Below, piece by piece: positions 37,885 to 48,439 of a stretch of 64,000 bases of DNA (positions within the stretch are counted from its first letter, which is position 1; each line of letters starts with the position of its first letter). The notes below the pieces were generated by a model. That model had not been told where the DNA came from. It saw nothing but the letters and a program-made list of their open reading frames with translations, and did not search any database. A program made the translations under genes and the position numbers. Origin of the DNA: Planctomycetota bacterium (lineage in GTDB: Bacteria; Planctomycetota; MHYJ01; WSZJ01); assembly GCA_038060895.1 (NCBI GenBank), contig JBBTCT010000024.1, positions 32,001 to 96,000 on the forward strand, written 5' to 3'.

Positions 37885-38751
37885 CTACTTCCTCGTCGTG
37901 AACTTCCACGCCTTCTTCCACGCCTTCCCGTCAACCTTTGCGTCCACCGTCACCGTGTAAGTCGTCGCCGGCTTCAGCGGGTCCTTCGCAATCAGCCCGA
38001 TCGTGTTGCGCTGGCCCTGCGGCTGCACGGTTTTCTCGGGGGTCGAAAGCCAGACCGGAACCTCGACGCCCGCGGCGTCCTTCAGGGTTGCCGTCGCGTC
38101 GGTGACCTTCACGATCTCCCGGAACGTCGCCGTCACCGGAAATCCCGCCTTCTGGTCCGGGTCATCCGGGATCGGCGTCGGCCGCTCGCCCCCGAAATCG
38201 AGCGGAACGTCCTTCTGCCCGTCGGCCGGATACATCACGACCTTCGCTTTCTCTTCCGTCAGAGGCGGGAGCCCCGACAGCACATCGACGCAGCAGACCC
38301 ACGGCGGATTCGCCGTGCCCTTCACGTAACCCAGGCCGATTTTCTGCAAGTCGGCGTTGAGAAGCGGAATCCGGTGGTAGAGCGACGCCATGAATCCGTC
38401 CACCGCTTCCGCCGGCTCGACGTAATGAATGTCCGACGCCTTCCCCGCGGCCGCGCCTTCCTTCGTATACCCCTCGAGCTTGGGGTCCTCCGAGTGCATG
38501 CTCGTCCCCGCCTTCATCATCGCGTCGTAATGCTTCAGTAGATACGCCGCGTGCGACGAGCAGCCCGCCGACATCTTCGCGTCGATCGTCACCGGCCCCA
38601 CCCCCGCCAGCTTCCGGACCGCGTTGATCTTCTCCAGCGCCTTCGCGTCCGCCTCGGGAAGCGGCGGCCCCTTGCCTGGTTTTTTCGGCGGCTCGGCGGA
38701 AGCGAGCGCCAGAACGAACATCGCGACGACGAGCGGCAGCAGCACCTTCAT
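37885..38751 (-). CDS. Secreted CAP (SCP)-domain protein with C-terminal Ig-like domain
   Basis: Signal peptide; INAVRKLAG, HAAY, SLYHRIPLL, IGLG; PLKPATTYTV. Confidence 0.8.
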   Translation of the reverse strand: MKVLLPLVVAMFVLALASAEPPKKPGKGPPLPEADAKALEKINAVRKLAGVGPVTIDAKMSAGCSSHAAYLLKHYDAMMKAGTSMHSEDPKLEGYTKEGAAAGKASDIHYVEPAEAVDGFMASLYHRIPLLNADLQKIGLGYVKGTANPPWVCCVDVLSGLPPLTEEKAKVVMYPADGQKDVPLDFGGERPTPIPDDPDQKAGFPVTATFREIVKVTDATATLKDAAGVEVPVWLSTPEKTVQPQGQRNTIGLIAKDPLKPATTYTVTVDAKVDGKAWKKAWKFTTRK

Positions 38752-38786
38752 GGCGAATCCCTTCTTCGCCCCCCGGGGCATCATAC

Positions 38787-38912
38787 CCGTCGTGGGCGTG
38801 AAGACAATCCGACGGCTCAGGCTGCGTCGGCCCGGTGTTCGTGAATTGAGAAGTGCATCTTCTGCGGGCCGACTCCGCCCGATCCGCCGAATTGTCTTCA
38901 CGCCCACGACGG
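38787..38912. repeat. Palindromic element with conserved core (copy 1)
   Basis: 22-bp perfect outer arms; core shared with 48780-48887. Confidence 0.88.
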
Positions 38913-39010
38913 CGCTCCCATGCGATCGAATCGGGCGGGCCATCGCGCCATGCAACCCGGCTTTACGATGAGACGTCTAAAAGCAAAGTGTGGTTTCGTG
39001 CTGAGAACGA

Positions 39011-39574
39011 TCAGGGCGCAACCATCGCGCGCTGTTCCATCGTAAGAATTCTCCATTCGCCGGCGCGCAGGACGCCCAGCTTCAAGCCGCCGATCCGCCC
39101 ACGCATCAGGCGCAGCGTCGGATGTCCGATCGCCGCCGTCATCCGCCGCACCTGGCGATTCCGGCCTTCGATCAACTCGAGTCCAATCCAGCAATCAGGG
39201 ACGTTCTTGCGGAAGCGGATCGGCGGCACCCGCGGAGGTATCCCCGGCTGCGGCTTCAGCAGCCACGCCTTGCAGGGCAGCGTCTTCCGACGCTGGATCG
39301 AAACTCCTCGCCCAAGCCGCTTCAGGCTCTCCGCCGACGGCACTCCCTCGACCTGCGCCCAGTACTCGCGCTCGTGGGCGTTGCGCGGATGCAGGAGGCG
39401 CTCGTTCCAATCCGGCTCGTCGCTGAGCAGCAGCAGCCCCTCGGAGTCCGCGTCCAGCCGCCCGATGGGATAAACGCCCTTCGGGAATTTGAATCCGGCC
39501 AGCGCACGGTTCGGCGAGCCGTCGCCGGTGAACTGCGACAGAACGCCGTACGGCTTGTGGAAGGCGATGAGCAT
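39011..39574 (-). CDS. rluE: rRNA pseudouridine synthase, RluE-like (no S4 domain)
   Basis: KPYGVLSQF, GRLDADSEGLL, EGRNRQVRRM, PTLRL. Confidence 0.88.
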   Translation of the reverse strand: MLIAFHKPYGVLSQFTGDGSPNRALAGFKFPKGVYPIGRLDADSEGLLLLSDEPDWNERLLHPRNAHEREYWAQVEGVPSAESLKRLGRGVSIQRRKTLPCKAWLLKPQPGIPPRVPPIRFRKNVPDCWIGLELIEGRNRQVRRMTAAIGHPTLRLMRGRIGGLKLGVLRAGEWRILTMEQRAMVAP

Positions 39575-39668
39575 CGGTTCGCGGGCGAATCTTACCCCTG
39601 GGACTACGCCCTGTCAGCGAAGGCGCTTCAGACTTGCCCGCGCCGCCGCGCTGTTCTAGGCTTCGGCC

Positions 39669-40151
39669 ATGAAGAAATCCATCGTCCCCGGCGTCATCCT
39701 TGCCGTGCTCCTGGCCTCCTGGATGTACGTGATCGGCTACATGGGCTGGTACAAGCACCCCACCCTGGCGAACATGTTCTGGCTCGTCGTGCTGATCCAG
39801 ATCGTCGTCCTCACGTTCGTCATCAAGGGCGCGGCAAAGGACGGGGCAGGGTTCGTCGGCAAATTCGTCCGCGGCGCAGGCACGTCCCTGGTCGCCGCCC
39901 CCCTCGTCTTCCTCAACTCACTCCTCTTCACGCAGGTCGTCTTCCCGAAGTACTTCGAAGAGATCCGCGCGGCGCAGGAGACGCTTCTGCGCTCGAAGGG
40001 AATTCCGGAGGCGCAGATCGTCGAGACCCTGAAGGCCGCCGCCGCGATGGAAAACCCGTACCTGCAGGCGACACTCGGCGCGATCGGCACCATCGTGACC
40101 GGGATCATCGTTTCACTCATCGCTTCGGCGATGGTGAAGAAGCCCGAATAG
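39669..40151 (+). CDS. Four-TM membrane protein (DUF4199-like)
   Basis: Four hydrophobic helices with a PKYFE helical loop. Confidence 0.65.
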   Translation: MKKSIVPGVILAVLLASWMYVIGYMGWYKHPTLANMFWLVVLIQIVVLTFVIKGAAKDGAGFVGKFVRGAGTSLVAAPLVFLNSLLFTQVVFPKYFEEIRAAQETLLRSKGIPEAQIVETLKAAAAMENPYLQATLGAIGTIVTGIIVSLIASAMVKKPE

Positions 40152-40194
40152 CCGGGCGCTTGCCTGCAGCGCGCATAGATTGCAGAGTGGGGCC

Positions 40195-42960
40195 ATGCGA
40201 ATCCTGCTCACCCTGTCGCTGCTCGCCCTTCCCGCCATCGCCCAGGACCTCGCGGTTGACCGCAAGGCGCTGGCCGACTTCCTGGCGAAGAAGGGCCTGA
40301 AGCCGGAGAACTTCGGCTTCGATTTCGAGCACCTCGACTCGATGCCGCTGAACTACGTCGCCTCGCACTCGAACACGAAGTCAAAGGAAGGCCAGCTCGC
40401 GGTGTGGCGGCGGGTGCAGAATGTGCCGGTCGAGTTTCCTGCGGAGGTGCAGAAGATCTCGGGGCGGATTCTGCGGGACGAGATGTGGGAAGCGATTGCG
40501 GAAGCGATGGACCGCGAGCTGCCGCCACGAGAGGTGCCGCTTCCCAGTGAGCTCGAGGACCTGCGCGACGACCTGCGCAAGCCGGTGGGGACGATTCTCG
40601 CGGCGATGGAGAAGAAGGAGCCGGCGCTGATCTGGCGGGCGATTGTCGAAGCGCGGCCGGCGCTGGAGGAGTTCAAGGGCGAGGTGGACTATGCGAGGGA
40701 CGGCGTTGTCGTCACGAACGCCGCGACGCCGACGGACCCGGCCGCGAAGCTGACGATCCGCTTCGGCGGCGACGACAGGTACACGGGCCCGTGGGGCGGC
40801 GCGGACGGCGCGGTCGTGCGCGTCTTCATCGACGTCTCGGGGAACGACACGTACGAAGCGGGAGAAGAGGACATCGCGCAGGGCGCGGCGCAGAACGGCG
40901 GGATCGGATTTCACGCCGACTTCGCGGGGAACGACACGTATCGCACGGCGAAGTACGTCGCGCAGGGCGCCGGCATCGGCGGCACGGGCGTGCTGTGGGA
41001 CGCCGCGGGGAATGACACGTACGAAGCGGAAGGATTTGCGCAGGGCGCGGGGCAGGACGGCATCGGCGTCCTGGTGGACGACGCGGGAAACGACCGCTTC
41101 ACGCTCACCGGAAACGGCCAGGGCTACGCCGGCCCGGCCGCCTTCGGCCTGCTCCTCGACCGTGCCGGCGATGACGTCTATCACGCCCGCGACTCCGTTT
41201 TCGGCGACAAGGTCACCGTCCCCGCGCCGCAGGACGAGAAACACAACGCCTGCATGGCGCAGGGCGCCGCCTTCGGCCACAACGGCCAGCCCTTCCGCGC
41301 CGGCGGCGTCGCCCTTCTCCTCGACGTCGCGGGGGACGACCGCTACGAGGCCGGCTGCTGGGCCCAGGGCGTCGGCTACTTCCAGGCGGTCGGCGCTCTC
41401 ATCGACATCGCAGGCAACGATTCGTACGAAGCGTGGGTCTACGTGATGGGAAGCGGCGCGCACGGCGGCTTCGGCATTCAGCTCGACGCGCGCGGCGACG
41501 ACGTCTACAAGGTCGGCGGCTGGAACGGCCCCGCGATGTCGGTGGACTACGGCATCGGCTTCTTCCTCGACGGACGCGGAAACGACCAGTACCTCGGCGC
41601 CGCATCCGGCCTCGGCACGTCCATCGGCCTCGGCATCTCCCTGTTCCAGGACGGCGGCGGCGACGACGTCTACCAGCCCAAGGATGACCGCATCGGCTTC
41701 GGCATCCTCTACGAGAACGAGGACTACAACCAGGACGGTAAGGTCACCCCCGCGGAAAAACGGCACTGGGGAGTCTTCCTCGATCTTGCCGGCTCCGACC
41801 GCTATCCGAAGCCGCGCGCCAACAGCATGCGGTGGGATCCCGCGGAGTTCAGCGGAGGGATGGACGTCGCGGACGCGAAACCGGAGTTCACGCCGGGCAA
41901 AGCGCGTCTCTGGGACGGGACGGAAGTCGACGTTTCCGCCGAGAACTGGGAGGGCATCCAGCCGGTGGACCTGCTCAAGCTGCTCAAGGGAGACGCCGCA
42001 TCGAAGGCCGAATACGCGTTCTCGCACGGGCTGCGGCATGAGGGAAGCGATCTTCTCGCGCTTGTGGCGGACCCGAAGCCGCTTCTGCGCCGTCACTTCG
42101 ATTCCGTGGATCGCACGTACTCGAAGGACCTCCACCTTTGGGTGACGGCTGAGGAAGCGGCGTGGGCGCCGAAGGTCGCGGTGCTGGCGGCCGTGGAAGC
42201 GGCGCCTGCGGGTTGGCCGCGGTGGGTGAAGGAGTCGGTCGCCTGGCGCGCGAAGGCGGCCGCGTGGGGCCGGCGTGACGCGGCGCTGACGCGCGTGCGC
42301 GCGTGGACCGACAGCAAGGACGTCCAGGCGCTCCTCGCGCGAAAAAAAGAACTCGAGGCGCTCCGCACCGCCGCCCGCTCCGGACTGATCGCCGCGGACG
42401 TGAAGGCGGCGGAAGCGCCGATGAAGAAGCTCGCCGCGTACTGGACGACGCGCAAGACGCCTTCGGTCCCCTGCGGACTCAAGGGCGCCGCCGCGGATCT
42501 CAACGCCGCAGACCCGGGCTGGGAGAAGCGCTACCCGATCGCCGCGGCCAACGCGGGGCTCGAAGCGGTGACGCTCGAGAATTTTGCGCTGACCCTCGAA
42601 GAGCGCGCCCTGATTCTCCCGGCGCCGGATCTCGCGGCGCTCGGCTCGGCGGCGAAGGCGATCCTCTCCGCCATCAACAACGAGCGCCTGATGCTCGGCC
42701 GCCCGCCGCTAGTCCCCGACGACACGCTCATGAAGGTCGCGGCGGGCACGGCGAAGGGCGGCAAGGCCGCTGAAGGACTGCCGAATTACGAAGGAACCTC
42801 GGTGCCGTTCACGGCAAAAGGCAGCGGCCCCGCCGCCGCGCTCGACGACCTGCTGAAAAACCAGGTAAACCACAACACGCTTCTCGACGCGGAATGGAAA
42901 GTCGCCGGCGTCGGCGCGGGCGCGAACAACAACTACGTGGTGATCGTTGGAAAGAAGTAG
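40195..42960 (+). CDS. Secreted DxxG(N/D)DxY repeat protein with C-terminal CAP-like domain
   Basis: Signal peptide; about 12 repeats (DVSGNDTY, DFAGNDTY, DRAGDDVY and others); INNERLMLGRPPL…HNTLLD…GVG. Confidence 0.7.
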   Translation: MRILLTLSLLALPAIAQDLAVDRKALADFLAKKGLKPENFGFDFEHLDSMPLNYVASHSNTKSKEGQLAVWRRVQNVPVEFPAEVQKISGRILRDEMWEAIAEAMDRELPPREVPLPSELEDLRDDLRKPVGTILAAMEKKEPALIWRAIVEARPALEEFKGEVDYARDGVVVTNAATPTDPAAKLTIRFGGDDRYTGPWGGADGAVVRVFIDVSGNDTYEAGEEDIAQGAAQNGGIGFHADFAGNDTYRTAKYVAQGAGIGGTGVLWDAAGNDTYEAEGFAQGAGQDGIGVLVDDAGNDRFTLTGNGQGYAGPAAFGLLLDRAGDDVYHARDSVFGDKVTVPAPQDEKHNACMAQGAAFGHNGQPFRAGGVALLLDVAGDDRYEAGCWAQGVGYFQAVGALIDIAGNDSYEAWVYVMGSGAHGGFGIQLDARGDDVYKVGGWNGPAMSVDYGIGFFLDGRGNDQYLGAASGLGTSIGLGISLFQDGGGDDVYQPKDDRIGFGILYENEDYNQDGKVTPAEKRHWGVFLDLAGSDRYPKPRANSMRWDPAEFSGGMDVADAKPEFTPGKARLWDGTEVDVSAENWEGIQPVDLLKLLKGDAASKAEYAFSHGLRHEGSDLLALVADPKPLLRRHFDSVDRTYSKDLHLWVTAEEAAWAPKVAVLAAVEAAPAGWPRWVKESVAWRAKAAAWGRRDAALTRVRAWTDSKDVQALLARKKELEALRTAARSGLIAADVKAAEAPMKKLAAYWTTRKTPSVPCGLKGAAADLNAADPGWEKRYPIAAANAGLEAVTLENFALTLEERALILPAPDLAALGSAAKAILSAINNERLMLGRPPLVPDDTLMKVAAGTAKGGKAAEGLPNYEGTSVPFTAKGSGPAAALDDLLKNQVNHNTLLDAEWKVAGVGAGANNNYVVIVGKK

Positions 42961-43044
42961 GGAGAGTTGAGGATTGAGTCGTGAGCAGGGAGTAGGGGGT
43001 AGTTGGTAGGGGGTAGGAAGGACACTGCGGTCGATCCGGGGTGG

Positions 43045-43560
43045 TTACTTCAGGGGCGCGCGCAGCTCCGGCTTGAGAAGTTCGCCCCATTTCGCGTCAT
43101 ACGGGTGCACCATGGACGCGGGCCCCTTCTCGTCCACGACTTGACGGCCCTCGTTTGCCCACGCGAAGATCGACCCCTCGAGATTCACCGCGTTCGTCCA
43201 GCCCGCCTTCTGCAGTTTCTCGACGTACTGGCTCGACCTGTAGCCGACCGAGCAGTAGACCACCACCGGCGCGTCCTTGGCGACTCCCGCCAGCGCTTCC
43301 TCCGGCTTCATCCCCGGCGGCACGTTCTTCGCCCCGGACAAGTGGCTCACCGCCCACTCCGCGGGCTCGCGCGCATCCAGCAGCACCGGCTTCGCGCGCT
43401 TCGGGTCCGCCAGCCACGCCGCAAGCTCGCCCGTGGCGAGCTGCTTCACGCCGGGAAACTTCACGCGGATCTCCTCTTCGGTCTTCGACAGATCCGGCGG
43501 AACGCCGTTCCCGCATCCGACGAGAACCGCCACGAGAGCGACTCGAATGGTGAGTTTCAT
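43045..43560 (-). CDS. Rhodanese-like lipoprotein
   Basis: Lipobox LVG-C; LLDARE, SHLSGA, YCSVGYRS, NLEGSIFAW. Confidence 0.88.
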   Translation of the reverse strand: MKLTIRVALVAVLVGCGNGVPPDLSKTEEEIRVKFPGVKQLATGELAAWLADPKRAKPVLLDAREPAEWAVSHLSGAKNVPPGMKPEEALAGVAKDAPVVVYCSVGYRSSQYVEKLQKAGWTNAVNLEGSIFAWANEGRQVVDEKGPASMVHPYDAKWGELLKPELRAPLK

Positions 43561-43568
43561 CGGCGCTT

Positions 43569-44414
43569 CTACCACCCCGGCTTCTTCCCGGGCTGCCGCG
43601 GTCCCTCGGCATCCCCCGGCTTCGATCTCATCAGCGCCTGGATCGACGCCCGCTCCGCGTCCATGCGCTTCTCTTCCTCCGTCTTTTCGCGCATGCCCGG
43701 CGACGGCCGTTTCGCGACGTATTCGAGCACTTTCAGCGCGGTGTCGGGGACGTTCGTGACGAATTCGTCGATGCCGAGGACGGCGAGGCGTTCGATATCG
43801 GAGGCGTTGTCAACGGTCCACGCGCAGACCTTGAGGCCGCGGGCGCGGGCGTCGGTGAGGAGTTCGGCGGTGACGTAGGTGTGGTGGGGGTGAAGAGCGT
43901 CAGCGCCGGCGTCGATGGCGAGCTGGGTGTTCTGGACGGGGGATGCGGAGTAGAGGACGCCGGTTTCGAGGTCGGGGCAGATGGATTTCACCTGCTGGAC
44001 GGCGCGGTGCCAGAAGGAGGAGATGCGAGCTCGGCCGACGAAGTTCTTTTTCACGAGGAGGTCGACGGCGGCCTTGAGCGCCAGCGAGGCCTTGACCTCA
44101 ACATGAAGGAAGACGCCTGCGGGCGCGGCCCATTCGAGGACTTCATCGAGGGAAGGGGGGTGGTGGCCGCCCGCGATTTTCAGGCGCTGGATATCTTCGA
44201 GGGTGATGTCGGCGACGCGGCCGGCGCCGTTGGTGGTGCGGTCCACCGTTTCGTCGTGCAGAACGGCGAGGCGGCCATCCGCCGTCAGATGAACATCCAG
44301 CTCCACCGCGGTGGCGCCGAGTTCGAGCGCTTTCGCGAAGGAAGCGAGAGTGTTCTCGGGAGCGAGGTGAGGAACTCCGCGGTGGGCGACGACTCGCAGC
44401 GTTGGCATCGGCAT
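43569..44414 (-). CDS. Glycerophosphodiester phosphodiesterase
   Basis: AHRG, PENT, ELDVH, HDETVDRTT, WTVD. Confidence 0.92.
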   Translation of the reverse strand: MPMPTLRVVAHRGVPHLAPENTLASFAKALELGATAVELDVHLTADGRLAVLHDETVDRTTNGAGRVADITLEDIQRLKIAGGHHPPSLDEVLEWAAPAGVFLHVEVKASLALKAAVDLLVKKNFVGRARISSFWHRAVQQVKSICPDLETGVLYSASPVQNTQLAIDAGADALHPHHTYVTAELLTDARARGLKVCAWTVDNASDIERLAVLGIDEFVTNVPDTALKVLEYVAKRPSPGMREKTEEEKRMDAERASIQALMRSKPGDAEGPRQPGKKPGW

Positions 44415-44437
44415 GATGGGCCAAGGATAAATCCCAA

Positions 44438-44511
44438 ATCCCAACTCCAACCCCAAATCCCAATCACGGCGACGAAACGCGGGCCTTGGAATTTGGAGTT
44501 GGAGTTGGGAT
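44438..44511. repeat. Intergenic palindrome of CCAAAT/CCAACT units
   Basis: 26-bp arms 44438-44463 and 44486-44511 with 2 mismatches; related to 47137-47250; followed by a small REP-like hairpin at 44511-44539. Confidence 0.82.
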
Positions 44512-44576
44512 CCGCCTTCGCCCTTCGGGCTTCGGCGGACAGGTTTTGGAGTTGCCGCCCGCAGGGCGGCTCAGCC

Positions 44577-45605
44577 CTACCCGCCGTTCTCACGCACAAA
44601 CTTCTCATACAACGCAACGTCCGCTTTCGGCCCGATGCACAACGGCGTGCGGTCATGCAGTCCTTTCGGCTGCAAATCCAGAATCCGGTGCCTTCCGTCG
44701 CTCGCCGCTCCCCCCGCCTGCTCCGCGATGTACGCCAGCGGCGCCGCTTCGTACAGCAGCCGCAATTTACCCTGCGGCTTCTTCGGATCTTTCCGGTCCG
44801 ACGGGTACAGGAACACGCCGCCCGCGAGCAGATTGCGGTGAAAATCGCTCACCAGCGTCCCGATGTAACGCGACGAATACGGCCGCCCGCTCGCCTTGTC
44901 CGGAGTCTTGAGGTGCTCGATGAACTGCCGGTCCGCTTCCCCCCAGTACGCACGGTTTCCCTCGTTCGCGCTGTAGTACTTGCCGCGCTCCGGCATCCGG
45001 ATGTCCTCGTGGCTGAGGCAGAACTCGCCGATCGACGGGTCGAGGGTGAAGCCGGCGACGCCGCTGGCGGTCGAGTAGACGAGGACGGTCGAAGGGCCGT
45101 AAAGGACGTACCCGGCGCAGACGAGGTTGTTGCCGACCTGGAGGGCGTCTTCGAGCGTGCCGGGGCCGTGGGCGGTCTTGCGCCGGTGGATCGCGAAGAT
45201 CGTCCCGATGGAAACGTTGGCGTCGATGTTCGAGCTCCCGTCGAGCGGGTCGAACAGGAGCACGTACTTTCCGTTCGGGAACTGCGGCGGGATCGGGATC
45301 AGCTCCGCTTCCTCCTCGCTCGCCATGCAGCACAGGTGCCCGCCGTGGTCCATCGCCTTGTAGATCCGGTCCTGCGCGAACGCGTCCAGCTTCATCACCG
45401 CTTCGCCCTGCACGTTTTCATGCCCCGCGTCGCCGAGGATCTCCGCGATGCCGGCCTTGTTGACCTCGCGCGAGATGATCTTCACCGCCACCATCAGGTC
45501 CATCAGCATCGCAGTGAATTCGCCGGTCGCGAACGGGAAGCGCGCCTGCTGTTCGAGCATGTGGCGCTGGAGGGTGACAAGCTTGTGGGGCATGGGGGTG
45601 GGCAT
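44577..45605 (-). CDS. fbp: Fructose-1,6-bisphosphatase class 1
   Basis: [38 protein letters not shown]. Confidence 0.95.
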   Translation of the reverse strand: MPTPMPHKLVTLQRHMLEQQARFPFATGEFTAMLMDLMVAVKIISREVNKAGIAEILGDAGHENVQGEAVMKLDAFAQDRIYKAMDHGGHLCCMASEEEAELIPIPPQFPNGKYVLLFDPLDGSSNIDANVSIGTIFAIHRRKTAHGPGTLEDALQVGNNLVCAGYVLYGPSTVLVYSTASGVAGFTLDPSIGEFCLSHEDIRMPERGKYYSANEGNRAYWGEADRQFIEHLKTPDKASGRPYSSRYIGTLVSDFHRNLLAGGVFLYPSDRKDPKKPQGKLRLLYEAAPLAYIAEQAGGAASDGRHRILDLQPKGLHDRTPLCIGPKADVALYEKFVRENGG

Positions 45606-45633
45606 GAGGCGGTCTCCGGGGGCGGAAGGAAGA

Positions 45634-45792
45634 GCAACAACGAAACTAAAAGCGAAAAACGAAAAACGAAAAACGAAAATTGAAACGGCCGGGGAGTGAA
45701 TCCCCGGCCGCGTAGTCGATACCCCTTGCAAACTGTCGATTTCGTTTTTTGTTTTTCGTTTTTCGGTTTTCGTTTCGTTGTTGCCGTTGCCC
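45634..45792. repeat. Intergenic palindrome of CGAAAAA heptamers
   Basis: GCAACAACGAAAC…(CGAAAAA)n versus (TTTTTCG)n…GTTTCGTTGTTGC; internal hairpin CGGCCGGGGA/TCCCCGGCCG. Confidence 0.88.
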
Positions 45793-47013
45793 CTACTTCT
45801 CTTCCTCCCCATGCCCCCCCTCAGGCCACCTGTAGTAAACCTCCAGCGTCAAAACTCCCATCACCGTCGAGAAGATCCTCCCCCCGTCGCACCCCCACCG
45901 GTCCACCGCCGGATCCCAGCTCCCCGCGTCGCATCCCTTGCCGCTCTTCTGCGAGCCGGCGACCGCGGTCTTCATCGTCTTGTTCCACGCCTTCCAGTAC
46001 TTCGTCTCCGGCCCGTGACACTCCCACAGCGCCTGGGTCCCGTAGTACCAGTAGTATGAATCCACTTTCGCCGGCACTTCCTTGATCGGCAGGTCGCACA
46101 CCAGCAGCTTCGCCGCGTTGTCGAGCGTGCGCGAGCCGGGCTTTGCCCCCGCGTACAGCCGGGCGAGCATTCCCGCTGCCGTCAGCGTCTCGTGGTGCTC
46201 CCAGTCTTCGTTCTTCCCCATGATGATCACCTTGCCCGTACCCTTCGCCGTGTACCCCACCCGGCCGTACTCCTGGTCCGTCACCCGCTTCACCCAGGCC
46301 AGCGCCCCCTTGACGCCCTCTTCGTCAACTTCAAGCCCGCCCGCGACGGCTGCATGAAGCGCGTGGACGCACCAGCTCGTTACGGAAGTGTCGTTGTCGC
46401 CGCACTTCGGCGAGTACCGCCACGCGCCCTCGGGATTTCGCGCGGCCAGGAGGAAGTCCACGCCGGCGATGGCCGACGCCTTCCAGCCCGCGTCTTTCGT
46501 CAGGCCGTAGAGTTCGCACATCGCCGCGGTCGCGACAGCGTGGTTGTACATGACCTTGCTCACGTTCCGCGGCCCGAACGAACCGTCCTGGTTCTGTTTC
46601 TTCTCGAGCCATACGGCGCCGCGCTTCACGACCTCCCCCGGCTTCACGTTGCGGTTGGTCGAAGGGTCGTTCCAGGTCTCGGCAAAATCGGGACCGATGC
46701 CCGCGCCGACGAAGGCGAGGAGCGCGAGCCCGGTCTCGCCGGTGTCGAATTCGTCGAGCCCTTCGCCGGTGCAGTCGGCGTCGAGGCACTCGGCGGAGAA
46801 TTTCGAAGCGCGCCAGGAGCCGTCGTTGGCCTGGTGCCGGGCGAGCCAGAGCAGGCCGGCCTTGACCGCGGCTTCGGTGTCGTCGTCTCCGCCGCCGGCC
46901 TTCACGCGGTCGGTCCTGTCGCCGACACGGTGTTTCAGGGCAGGGGCAGGATCATCCGCGAGGGCGGGAAGGGCGAGGAGAGAAGCGGCGAGGACGGTTG
47001 AGAAGCGAAGCAT
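45793..47013 (-). CDS. Prenyltransferase/squalene-oxidase repeat (alpha-alpha toroid) protein, secreted
   Basis: [34 protein letters not shown]. Confidence 0.82.
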   Translation of the reverse strand: MLRFSTVLAASLLALPALADDPAPALKHRVGDRTDRVKAGGGDDDTEAAVKAGLLWLARHQANDGSWRASKFSAECLDADCTGEGLDEFDTGETGLALLAFVGAGIGPDFAETWNDPSTNRNVKPGEVVKRGAVWLEKKQNQDGSFGPRNVSKVMYNHAVATAAMCELYGLTKDAGWKASAIAGVDFLLAARNPEGAWRYSPKCGDNDTSVTSWCVHALHAAVAGGLEVDEEGVKGALAWVKRVTDQEYGRVGYTAKGTGKVIIMGKNEDWEHHETLTAAGMLARLYAGAKPGSRTLDNAAKLLVCDLPIKEVPAKVDSYYWYYGTQALWECHGPETKYWKAWNKTMKTAVAGSQKSGKGCDAGSWDPAVDRWGCDGGRIFSTVMGVLTLEVYYRWPEGGHGEEEK

Positions 47014-47136
47014 GCGACCTCCTGAGGTAGAGGTGAAGTCCCCCCCGGGACTGGAAGCGGGGCCCGTTGACGGAGCGGGGGCCGGGAATGAGAACGGGAG
47101 AGCCGCGGCGGGGTTCGGAAAAAATGCCAGGACTCA

Positions 47137-47250
47137 CTCCAAATCCCGACTCCAACACCAAATCCCAAGGCGGGCCCGCTGCGCTCGCCGGTCGACGGCG
47201 GAGCGAAGCGACGCCTCCTTGGGATTTGGTGTTGGAGTCGGAATCTGGAG
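47137..47250. repeat. Intergenic palindrome related to 44438-44511
   Basis: 34-bp arms 47137-47170 and 47217-47250 with 2 mismatches. Confidence 0.88.
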
Positions 47251-47350
47251 CCAGTCCATGCATTTTTCGCCCCGTCCTTTTTCGCCTTGATCCCCGCGCC
47301 TCATAGGTCTACCCTGTTTCTCAAGGGGGCCCGAGGAGGTCAATTCATCC

Positions 47351-48379
47351 ATGCGTATCCTTCTCTCAGCAGCATTCATCGCGGCCGCAGCGGCCGCCGC
47401 TTCGGCCGATACCGTCTGGCTCAAGAACGGCGGCAAGCTCGAGGGCGTCACGACGTCGATGGAAGGCGACAAGCTGGTCGTCAAGATGCCCAGCGGCGTC
47501 ATCAAGCTCGACAAGGACCAGATCGAGAAAATCGTCCACCGTGCGACCGCGATGGAGGAGTACGAGCTCGCGGCCGCGAAGCTGAAGAAAGACGATGCGA
47601 AGGGCCACGCCGAGCTCGCGAACTGGTGCGCCGACAAGGGCCTGACGCACTTTGAGCGCGAAGAACTCGAGGCGGTGATCGCGGCCGATCCGGACAATGC
47701 GGACGCTCGCAAGCGCCTGAACTACGAGAAAGTCGGCGGCAAGTGGCTGCGCGGCGAAGAGTTGCTGAAGGCCCGCGGGATGGTGAAGATCGACTGCAAG
47801 TGGATGTCGAAGGAAGTCGCCGCGGCGGATGCGGCCGCGAAGGAAAAGAAGAAACTCGAGCGGCAGTTGGCCGAGGCGGAGAAGAAGGCGAAGCGCGAGG
47901 CGGCGGAGTCCGAGGACGACCGGCTGCGCGCCTTCTATGAATCACAGGAGCGCGTGCAGCGTCGCATGCAGGATCGTGACAATTCGTTCGACCATCGCCG
48001 GTCGTCGGGCGACTACTCGCGCCGGTATTACAACGGGTACCGCGGCGGGTCGTTCTGGGCCGGGACGGTCGGGTACTACCCGTACGGGTATTACTACTCC
48101 CCGGGGTACTACTATCCGGGCCACTACCATTCCTCCGCGGGCATTTATTACTCGCACGGCAACTATTCGTTCTCATTCGGCACGAGCCATTACGGCGGCG
48201 GGTACTACGGGGGTGGGTACTACGGAGGCGGGTATTACCCCGGCACGTCCGGCGGCTACTCTTACGGATCGCAGTACCAGGGCGCGGGCTCGAATTCGTT
48301 CGGCCCCGTCGGGCCGGGCGGCAACAGTTCGGGGAATTTCAGCGACGGCGGCCCGCCGCAAGTCGGCGGATCGAGGTAG
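47351..48379 (+). CDS. Secreted protein with conserved N-terminal module, coiled coil and Tyr/Gly-rich tail
   Basis: Signal peptide; GAGGAGG RBS; similarity to 33023-34315; GGYYGGGYY repeats. Confidence 0.75.
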   Translation: MRILLSAAFIAAAAAAASADTVWLKNGGKLEGVTTSMEGDKLVVKMPSGVIKLDKDQIEKIVHRATAMEEYELAAAKLKKDDAKGHAELANWCADKGLTHFEREELEAVIAADPDNADARKRLNYEKVGGKWLRGEELLKARGMVKIDCKWMSKEVAAADAAAKEKKKLERQLAEAEKKAKREAAESEDDRLRAFYESQERVQRRMQDRDNSFDHRRSSGDYSRRYYNGYRGGSFWAGTVGYYPYGYYYSPGYYYPGHYHSSAGIYYSHGNYSFSFGTSHYGGGYYGGGYYGGGYYPGTSGGYSYGSQYQGAGSNSFGPVGPGGNSSGNFSDGGPPQVGGSR

Positions 48380-48396
48380 CTCCATCTGGCTATCGA

Positions 48397-48431
48397 AAGG
48401 GCCGCCGGTTTCCGGCGGCCCTTCTTGTTTT
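48397..48431 (+). terminator. Intrinsic terminator between convergent genes
   Basis: AAGGGCCGCCGG-TTT-CCGGCGGCCCTT followed by CTTGTTTT. Confidence 0.75.
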
Positions 48432-48439
48432 GAGCGCTT

